From Candidatus Absconditabacterales bacterium (GTDB taxonomy: Bacteria; Patescibacteriota; Gracilibacteria; Absconditabacterales; Absconditicoccaceae), in the NCBI GenBank assembly GCA_041750055.1, contig JBGTAD010000014.1, positions 1 through 34,770 on the forward strand: a stretch of DNA of 34,770 nucleotides, written 5' to 3'. A program made the position numbers and the translations under genes. Below the pieces are notes generated by a model. It searched no databases. It was not told the DNA's origin and worked only from the letters and a program-made list of their open reading frames with translations. Positions 20,212 to 28,689 of this stretch are shown here, one piece after another. Within the stretch, counting starts at the first letter, position 1. Every line of letters starts with the position of its first letter.

Positions 20212-20233
20212 ATGTTTTCAAAATAAATGAAAT

Positions 20234-20360
20234 TATACCAAACTTCTTTCGAAATCTGATATTCCTACGCTCCGCTTGAAACATAAGTTTCTCAACGAGC
20301 TTTGCATAACTGAATCATCCAAAGAAATACTATACCAGATTTCTTTGGCGGTTCAGTATA
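20234..20360 (+). mobile_element. 127-bp MITE-like repeat, copy A
   Basis: About 92% identical (roughly 10 mismatches) to the reverse complement of 22058-22184. Own subterminal inverted repeats (TATAC..GAAATCTG / CAGATTTC..GTATA). Internal 10-bp hairpin CCAAAGAAAT/ATTTCTTTGG (20319-20348). Confidence 0.7.
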
Positions 20361-20397
20361 TCTGTTGAGCTTTGATATCTATTGATCTTAATGATTC

Positions 20398-20820
20398 TTA
20401 GTATCGTGCTTGTATCCAGGTATTTCGTAGATAGCTGCGTCGTGCTTGCTGGGTCGAAGTATAAATGATATTTCCATTGATTGATTGATCAGTTTCATCT
20501 TCTCTTTGGTCTCCTGTGCTGAGCGCTTGATCAGGAGCTTGATCCAATAGTTGTACAAAACGTTCTCACGGCAGGAGTTTGTTCGTCTCATGCGCAATAA
20601 ATTCTAATGCATAGGGTGAATTAAGAAGAGGCTTTTCTATCTGCTCCAAGAATGAGATCTCTTTTTCTAGTTGTGTGATTTGGTATTTGATCGAGTCGAT
20701 TGATATCAAGATAGCACTATAATTTACATATGTCCTGATACTGATGACCATCAAAAAAAGGTTGAGTACTAGCAACCCGTATTTGAAGAAAAAATAATTT
20801 TTGGCAGAAAGTCTCTTCAT
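20398..20820 (-). CDS. ftsB: Septum formation initiator (FtsB/DivIC family)
   Basis: Reads MKRLSAKNYFFFKYGLLVLNLFLMVISI (TM), then the coiled coil ..IKYQITQLEKEISFLEQIE.., then PYALEFIAHETNKLLP-G(TGA)-ERFV (DivIC/FtsB C-terminal signature). Stop TAA 20398-20400. Confidence 0.65.
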
Positions 20821-20868
20821 CTGTACAATATCACTAAAAATCTGACACAAATATCCTACTATATCAAA

Positions 20869-22029
20869 TTATCATGGTCGTTCAATGACTCTTTTGATAC
20901 TAGGTGATAGTTTGACTAAGATCTCGTATATTATGGTGCCTGCAGATTGCGCAATATCTTCTAGCTGCTGTGGGTGCTGAATCGTATCCAAGAGCGTAAT
21001 TGTATCACCCACATGGATAGGATGTTCGTCAGTTTCCATACTACACAGATTCATGCAAATATTGCCTCTTTGATGTATCTGATGATTATTTCGTCCAAAG
21101 ACTAATCTGTTCGATGTAGCTCTGGGAAGACCTTCATAATATCCAAAAGGTATGGTAGCTATCGTGGTTGGCTGTTCAGATTTTCGTGTTTTATTATAGC
21201 TGACTCATTCTCATGCTCAGATATGCTGTACGCTGGTGACAGTACTAGTGATACGTAGTGCTGGTTTGAGTTGAGATCATCTGGCATAGCCTGGATCCTG
21301 AGGCTGTAGGGGAGAGTAGCCGTAGGTAATCAGTCCTGGTCTTCGTGCGTTGATGATTGGGTGGTCGTGGATCTTGAGGATAGCTCAGCTTGCTCAGATA
21401 TGCCTATAGCGTACCGTGAGACCAGCATCTAGGATGATGTGATAGTATTGTGTGAATATTGCTATCTGCTCCTGCATACTGTTAGTATCGATCGTATCTG
21501 CGTCACTGAGATGAGACATCAGACCTACCAGCTGTATCTGTTGGTGTTGTTTGATCAGATCGAGAGCCTTGATGAAGTCATCATGCTGTAATCATTCTCT
21601 ATTCATCCCTGTATTGACGAATAGATGGATACGAACTTTGCGTTTGAGATGTATAAGACTATACAGTATCTGCAGTGTGGATACACTGATATGAGTCCTA
21701 CGCAGGTCTAATAGTCTATAGTTGCTAGCAGCAGTCTCTCACAGCAGCAGTATGTCTTTGGATGAGTAGTCGCGTACGATCTGATATTCTGGCAGGCTAT
21801 CGACCACGATCATCGGGACATTAGTAGTATTGATTATTTGCGCGATCTGTTTGAGTCCGTGTCCGTATGCATTAGATTTGAGTACAGGGAAGATCGTATC
21901 ATGAGGGTGTCGTTGCTGTATAGTGTGGATATTGTGGATGATGTGTTCGGCTTTGATGTAGATAGTATTGAGGCTTGCGATCGATCATGCAGACTGAGTC
22001 CTCCACCAGCGAAGTATAGCACGTATCAT
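20869..22029 (-). CDS. alr: Alanine racemase
   Basis: Reads ..FPVLKSNAYGHG (PLP-Lys motif)..HLFVNTGMNREG..GLMSHL..A-[CGA]-RPGLITYG..VSYNKT-[CGA]-K....IATIPFGYYEG..GNICMN..GTIIYEILVKL. 386 aa. Ends ..RP-G(TGA)-TAA. Confidence 0.9.
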
Positions 22030-22057
22030 AGATAGGATATCTGGTAGATAAAACATT

Positions 22058-22184
22058 TATACTGAACCACCAAAGAAATCTGGTATAGTATGTCTTTGGA
22101 TAATATAGTTATGCAAAGCTCGTTGAGAGACTTATGTTCCAAGCTGAGCGTAGGAATATCAGATTTCGAAAGAAGTTTGGTATA
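22058..22184 (-). mobile_element. 127-bp MITE-like repeat, copy B (inverted relative to copy A)
   Basis: Reverse complement aligns end to end with 20234-20360. It starts 29 nt upstream of the alr start codon. Confidence 0.7.
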
Positions 22185-22217
22185 TCACTACCGTTCTGAC
22201 TCTCCAAAATCAATGAT

Positions 22218-22250
22218 AAAAAAATCTGACCAATGTATAGTCAGATTTTT
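22218..22250. terminator. AT-only hairpin built from an inverted AAATCTGA/TCAGATTT pair
   Basis: AAAAATCTGAC (22220-22230) pairs perfectly with GTCAGATTTTT (22240-22250) around a 9-nt loop. It lies downstream of the 22326-24932 gene and upstream of copy B and alr. Confidence 0.45.
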
Positions 22251-22313
22251 GTGATATTTTTGTGATATTGTTACTGGTATGATGATTGATTATAGGTTTT
22301 GATTATAGGTTTT
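22247..22313. repeat. Two short tandem duplications: TTTTGTGATAT x2 and GATTATAGGTTTT x2
   Basis: 22247-22257 equals 22258-22268. 22288-22300 equals 22301-22313. Confidence 0.8.
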
Positions 22314-22325
22314 GATCATATATTC

Positions 22326-24932
22326 CTACTGAGATCGTTCGTTCAGGAGCGCTTCGAAAGGATCTAGAGATCATCCGTAGGTATTATAGATGATCGTGTT
22401 ACCACCGTTGCTCTTGGATGTGATAGCTCCTCTTAGAGAGTCTTGCAGGTCTCGTATCAGACCTTTTGCATATATTCATAGTCACTGCAATCTATCGGGA
22501 TCTGTAGATGTTAATTTGTCGAGTATTCTTTGTACGATGAATCTTTCTCTTGTGATATCGCCTCCATAGGATTCAAGCCTTCTCTTGAGCACATCTAAGA
22601 GTCTGTGATTGTACCCTAGTGTGATGTTGGGATCGTTTCGGATGATCTCAGTCAGCAGATATGCTATTTCACCTCTCGTGACAGATCAGTTACCACTAGG
22701 AAATCTATCCAAAGAAGCTGGATCATATCCCTTCATCTTGAGTAATTCACTCAAGACTCATCTGACTTCATTTTGAGTGATTTTGCGATGAGGATTGAAA
22801 TATTTGAGTCCTGATGATCAAATTCCAATACCCATGATATCCGCTCGACCCAGGCTATCGATTTGATTGATAAATCTGACATAGGTAGATCATGGTTCGA
22901 TATCTACGAATCTGGAAGAGATCGTATCGTTGATATATCATTGATTGAGTGAGAGAATTCTACCTACGATGATAGCAAATTCTCCACGCACGAGATGTTT
23001 GTTGGGCGCGAACCAGCTTCTTCCATTTTGAGAATATCCTATCATGATACCATTGTTGATCATCGTCGCAATATGCGAGAGATACGGACTATTAGTGATA
23101 TCACTCATGAGTGATGGTGGATTTGCTCTTTGGATGATTTGATTATATTTGTTGACCAGATCAGTGATGACGATCAGCGGACTAGCAGTTCCAGTATTAT
23201 AATATCCCGTGTAGTATCCTGTATAGTACGGTATGCTGTTATTGCCAGATATGATGATCGTAGCGCTTCTGGTATTGTTTGATGTGTTGGTGTCAGGTGT
23301 AGTACTCGTGATGGATGCAGTGTTTTGGATAGTCTGACCTGATAATCACAAGACGATTCCCGTGATGATAATCTGTCCACTGGATCCTGTTCATAGGTTG
23401 GGGAGATTGTATCTGATCAGCGATCATGATATGAGTGAAGGTATGAGAGATCCTGTCTGATACGTAAATAATGATCCTACCGTATAGTCCAGAAACACTC
23501 CCGTAGCAGCATAATTGGGTGAAGTAGCATTGTTGTAGGTAATCACAAAAGAAACCTGACTATTTGATACTGCAGTAGCTACAGATCCTGTATGAGAGAC
23601 TGAGAGATCGACATTGACAGGACCTACAGGTATAGGCGCTGTGTATACCTGTCCTGTGGCTGTAGCTCCGAATGGAGAGAAGTATCCGGTACTTTGTTGT
23701 AATGCTGGGAAGAGAAGCTGCCTCCTGGCGATATAGTTATGCATGAGAGTGAGTTCGCTAGCGTTGAGGACTCTGTTATACATCATAACGAGAGCGATAT
23801 CGCCATTGGGATGTTTTCCAAGACTGACTGGTAAGTTTGTCAGATTTATTCATGTTTGAGTATATGATCAAGATCATTTTAGAGATAATAAAACTCCATC
23901 TCTATAGATAGCCATTGATCAAGCAGCTCACATTTTTCATTGCACTGTTCGTAATCCGGCACTTGTTTGTAATTGAGGATTGAGTAAAAAGTTTGTTGTA
24001 GGATCCAGTGTGAGACGTCATCCGCTCTCAGGGTCTCAGAGAGTAAACGAAACAAATCAACTAGTATCTACTGTAGAAAATGAAAATCACGTTATTGAGC
24101 TTCATATAATTTGGTTATATCAAGTTGTATTATTATTTTTAGAGATAACAAAGAGAGTTGTCTCTGTCAATGTCGCTGAACTAGCATTGAGTCATATTCT
24201 TTGGAGTGTAGCATAATTATTTCATGAGCCGATAAAAGTAGTATACGCCCTATTGTTGTTAGACCAAATGGTGAAGTACTTTGATGAGATTCATGCAAAA
24301 AAGTGATCAAACTCATCAAGAGGATTTAAAAAATTATTCATAAAAGCAGATCTATCGTTTCGTGATCATAGATGTTGATTATTTGCCAAGCCCGTAATAT
24401 ATTGGCTATCCAACCACAACATCAATCCACTCGATACTTCAGGAGAGATAAGTCCGCCCGAATACGTGATGATAGCTGTCTGATAGGGGAGCATCGATCC
24501 AATATTTCGATACAGCTGACGCCCACTAGTTGATGTCGCCTGTGCTGGTATGATGGCGTTGGTTGCTCCTGATATCGTGATATTAGCGCTATGATATTGT
24601 AGACCACTCATGAGAAAATCTGACACGACTACTCCTGTAGCGCGATTGGCACTATTATTGTAGATATTGAGTGTATATTGGATATGCTCTACTCCGGGAC
24701 CAGGATATACGAGCTGAGCTGTTTTGCTCGAGACTTGGATATTGACCTGAGCATACGATATATTAGACAACAGCCCCAATCCCACCAATCCTACTATGAC
24801 GAATCTACCAAATATCTGTGATGCTATATGTAGGAGAGAGTCAGAGGTATGTGGACGGTTGGTATATGAGTTATGCGTGTTGCTATACGCGATATTGCGA
24901 TCTGTCATCTGTGGGTGTTGTGGGTGTATCAT
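22326..24932 (-). CDS. Large cell-surface protein (868 aa) with DUF11-like repeats, a LamG/concanavalin-like domain and C-terminal SLH-like repeats
   Basis: The whole frame was verified through about 45 TGA. N-terminal TM/signal ..FGRFVIVGLVGLGLLSNISYAQ. DUF11-like ..YTLNIYNNSANRATGVVVSDFL.. and ..VSFVITYNNATSPNYAATGVFLDY... LamG-like ..LWLDSQ...ALVMMYNRVLNASEL... SLH-like ..F.D......Y...I......G.M.GY....F.P....R.E.A... Stop TAG 22326-22328. Confidence 0.7.
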
Positions 24933-25255
24933 GGTGATCGACCATTATGCTAAAGACATAAAAATCATACTTACGATGAGTATACTGATTTGAGATAATT
25001 CTGTCAAATTTACGTCAGGTGGATGTAGGAGAGGGACTGGATCATCCGTGATTGAGTATGTTTGTACTGCCAATGAATATTGTAGAATGAACAAACCTGC
25101 AAAATATACGATATATTTTTTGCAAAAAAACACAGTATCGATATACTTACAGAGATTTTAGATTCTCGAGGCAAAAAATGCGGATGAAGCATAGTGATAT
25201 GATCTTTCTTAATATTCAGATTTTGCTTATAACTTGTAGCTTGTAATTCTTTCTC

Positions 25256-26851
25256 ATGCTCAACAATCTCATCAAGACTATCCTCGAGCTCAGTGATGTC
25301 CAGACGATCAAACCTAGCTTTGAACTCATCGGCATCCTGAGTCAAGCTGTCGCATCTCGTGTGCAGGCAGTGATTTTTGATGGTGAAGGCAAGAAATTGG
25401 CTATCTTAACTACGAACAACTTTCCTACTCAGCTCCAACAGATCATCGAACGCCTCGAATCTCAATGATATACCTGCAAACTGTACTACACTGATCCAGC
25501 TAGTATCGAATATGCTCTGACCCGATATGACCTCAAAGCAAAAGCAGAATCTGAACAACAAACATTGTTACAATCACAAAAAGACGCTGCCTGAGTCAAC
25601 GCCCTCGAGCTGATCAATACTACCTATGAGCAAAAAGGCAACAGAGATGAAGGTGATGTGATCGTGGATTTGGTCAGATTTAGTTTTCAGGCTGGAGCGA
25701 GCGATTTACATTTTCAGCCAGAAGAAGACGGCGTGCATATGAGAGTCAGGATCGACGGAGTACTCAAGCAGGTCTTGTTTTTTGATCATAAAGAATTCGC
25801 CAGATATCTGCAAAAGATCAAATTCATCTCAGGGATGAAAATGAATATCGACTATGTTCCCCAGGATGGAAGGTTTAGCTTCGTGGTCGAGCAACACGGT
25901 GAATCTAAGACCATCGACGTCCGTGTCAACTGTATGCCTGGTTTGCATAATGAAAGTACCGTCATGAGATATCTAGATGGTACCAAAGGTATCCAACGTT
26001 TTGAAGATATCGGGTTTTGGGGAGAGAATTATGAGACTCTCAAGACCTGACTCCAAGAAAACTTCGGGATGGTGCTCGTGACTGGTCCTACAGGTAGTGG
26101 TAAAACAACCACGCTATACAGCATGCTCAACACCCTCAATGATGGCTCTCGCAAGATCATCACGCTCGAAGATCCGATCGAGTATATGGTATCAGGGCTT
26201 CAACAATCTCAGATCAACTACACCAAAGGATATGACTATGCAATTGGGCTCAAAGCTATCCTGCGTCATGATCCAGAAATCATTCTCATCGGAGAGACTC
26301 GTGATGCAGAGACTGCTCAGATAGCTCTCAATGCTGCACTCACAGGACATCTCGTGTTCACAACACTCCATACCAATGGTGCTCTGGAGGCGATTGACCG
26401 TATCATCAATATGGGAGTCAAAGGGTATATGCTAGCCCCAGCTCTGAGTATGGTCATGGGTCAGAGATTAGTCAGGAAATTGTGTAGCTGTGCAACCCGC
26501 CAACCAGCAGATTATGCTCAGACACAGCAGATCAAAGAATGAATCAAAAAAATATTAGAAATCAGACCCTGAATACGTACAGTGGGTTGAAATCCTTTGG
26601 AGTTTGATGGATCACTCATGCATCCGGTAGGGTGTGCGGTATGTAATGGTACCGGATACAAAGGACGTATCGCAGTCGTAGAAATTCTTGCTATTTCTTC
26701 TGAGCTCAAGGTCATGATTACTGAGGGAAGATCTACCTTCGATATCTATGCCAAAGCACGTGAGTTAGGTTTTCTCACTCTCCAAGAAGATACTCTGATC
26801 AAAGTACTTGACGGACTCACAACGATCGAAGAAATGAGGAGGGTCGTGTAG
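25256..26851 (+). CDS. pilB: Type IV pilus assembly / type II secretion ATPase (PilB/GspE family)
   Basis: Four track fragments are in frame 2. Motifs: ..ASDLHF.P......R.R.DG.L.., Walker A VLVTGPTGSGKTTTLYS, ..LRHDPEIILIGETRD..TGHLVFTTLHTN.., tetracysteine C.C....C..C.GTGYKGR. Stop TAG 26849-26851. Confidence 0.9.
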
Positions 26852-26939
26852 CGGCAATCACGGATCGTCATCGAAACATCTCCCTAAGAATCTGAATACT
26901 TATATTTCTTGAAATCCGATAAAAAAATCACACGAAATT

Positions 26940-26983
26940 TTGCTCTCAAAAACTTGAGAGCAATGATCTCTTGCATTTTTTTT
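26940..26983 (+). terminator. Intrinsic terminator after pilB
   Basis: TTGCTCTCAA-aaac-TTGAGAGCAA (26940-26963), then a T-run at 26975-26983. Confidence 0.6.
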
Positions 26984-26999
26984 ATTATTCGATATTATA

Positions 27000-27018
27000 C
27001 CTATACCTATGGTATAGG
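27000..27018. promoter_or_regulatory. Perfect palindrome; candidate CsoR operator upstream of csoR
   Basis: CCTATACC-tat-GGTATAGG contains the TACC...GGTA core seen in described CsoR operators. It is 27 nt upstream of ATG 27045 and is followed by ATTTTTTAT, so a second terminator hairpin is an alternative reading. Confidence 0.4.
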
Positions 27019-27044
27019 ATTTTTTATATAACCATATATTGCAG

Positions 27045-27332
27045 ATGATCCAATCTCATCCAGATACATACGCAGCACTTGATCTCAACCTCAAAAAAGC
27101 TCAGGGAATGCTCAAAAAAATAGGCACGATGCTACAATCAGACGAATATTGCTGAGATATTGCACAGCAAATCAATGCAACCACATGACTACTCAAAAAA
27201 ATGAATACGATTCTATTAAAATCTCATCTGCTTTGTTGTGGTAAAAACAAACTTTTTTCAACAGACCAAAAAGAAGTTGACTCTTTTGTTGAAGAGTTTT
27301 TTAGGCTAGCAAATGTAAGCAACAAGAAATAA
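27045..27332 (+). CDS. csoR: CsoR/RcnR/FrmR-family metal-sensing transcriptional repressor (copper-sensing type)
   Basis: 95 aa reading ..LKKAQGMLKKIGTML......C-G(TGA)-DIAQQINATTG(TGA)LL......LKSHLLCC... This is the DUF156 helical-bundle pattern with the C-H-C ligand set. It sits directly upstream of the copper ATPase block. Confidence 0.8.
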
Positions 27333-27371
27333 TCAGTCGGATCGTTCTTTAATTGATTGCCAAAAAAAACT

Positions 27372-28646
27372 ATGAAACAATTATTTAATATCCAATGAAT
27401 GCACTGCAAGTCGTGCGAAATTGTTATCAAAAAATGACTTAATGAGCTAGATGGTTGTAAAGTCCTATCTCTTTCTCATAAAACATGAAAGCTAGAAATA
27501 CAGGTGGATGATATCATTGATGAACAAGATATTGAGTGAGTTCTTCAAGAACATTGATATAGTTTGAAGACTATTGCATGATGACTTTCATCACAAGATT
27601 TTTCAATCAAATTATTGTGGCTTGTTGTAGCAATAATTCTGTGAGTTATGGTTATGAATATTGATGTCACTCAATTCATGCCTCAATATTCGTCTCTTAC
27701 TGTTGGAGTCGCAATCTTGGTTTGATGAGTTGCAAGTATTTCAACGTGTCTGGCAGTGACATGAGGATTACTTATCTGATATAATGCTCATGTAGAGTCA
27801 GAAAACATCATGACTACACAAGTGCTTTTTCATCTTTGAAGATTGGGAGGGTTCGCATTAGGAGGATTACTGCTGGGAGCTGTGTGAACTCAGATTTCAT
27901 GAACTCCTTTGGTTAATGCGATACTCGCAATATTGGTAGGTGTTTTGCTCGTATATTTGTGAGGACAGATGCTGTGACTTGTCCCCAACATGAGTAAGCG
28001 ATGATTCCATTTACCAGAATTTCTGAGTAAACCTATACATCATCTCAAAAATCCTGTCTATGCTCCATTAGTATGAGCACTCACATTTCTCCTTCCTTGT
28101 GGTTTTACCCAAAGTATGCAATTATTTGCACTACAATCATGAGATCCATTTACGGGATTTATGATTATGACATGATTTGCGCTCGGGACTCTACCCGTCT
28201 TGTTCGCCGTAGGAGCCGGAACACATTATATCAAAAAAAAGCTAAAGCTGATACAGCCACTGATCGCGACCTTACTGTTGGTTTTTGGTGTGTTCACTAT
28301 CACGAACGCGTATCAGCTCATCAATGCTTTACAGACGGTATGACCACAGACATCCTCTTGAATCAGCAATAATCTCCCAATAGAAACAAGAGAAATCTGA
28401 CACGATGGCAGTCAATTTGTTCCCGAGACAATCAAACTACAACAAGGGAAAAACTATATCCTGCGTGTGACCCCAACTCAGGATGGAATAGGATGTATGT
28501 ATCAGGTCGTCGTACCTGGTAAATGACCACAAGACATCAAACAAGGTCAGGTTTTTGAAATATTTGTGGATGGTGCATCCACGAAAACGATTCCCTTGGT
28601 ATGTTCATCTATGGGAATGAGACAGTGAGAGATTGTCGTAGAATAA
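27372..28646 (+). CDS. Fusion protein: N-terminal HMA metal-binding domain, TauE/SafE (DsbD_2)-like multi-pass membrane domain, and a small C-terminal beta-rich (cupredoxin-like?) domain
   Basis: Reads MKQLFNIQ-G-MHCKSCE..(HMA GMxCxxC)... About 6-7 Gly-rich TM spans (..LAVTGGLLIGY..FALGGLLLGAV..LLPCGFTQSMQLFAL..). C-terminal ..YILRVTPTQDGIGCMYQVVVPG... 424 aa with about 35 TGA. Stop TAA 28644-28646. Confidence 0.7.
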
Positions 28647-28689
28647 TTCGCATATATGGTAGACTTTTACTATTTTCCATCCCAAACAC

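Noticed and set aside
20234-22184. Phase-variable invertible promoter switch (inverton)
   Set aside because: The inverted repeats are 127 bp long and enclose two complete essential genes rather than a promoter. No recombinase is nearby. Inversion remains possible but cannot be claimed from one sequence.
25010-25345. 111-aa minus-strand ORF in the divergent region upstream of pilB
   Set aside because: It overlaps the pilB start and its upstream motif. Its composition looks like intergenic AT-rich translation, and there is no support for it as a gene.
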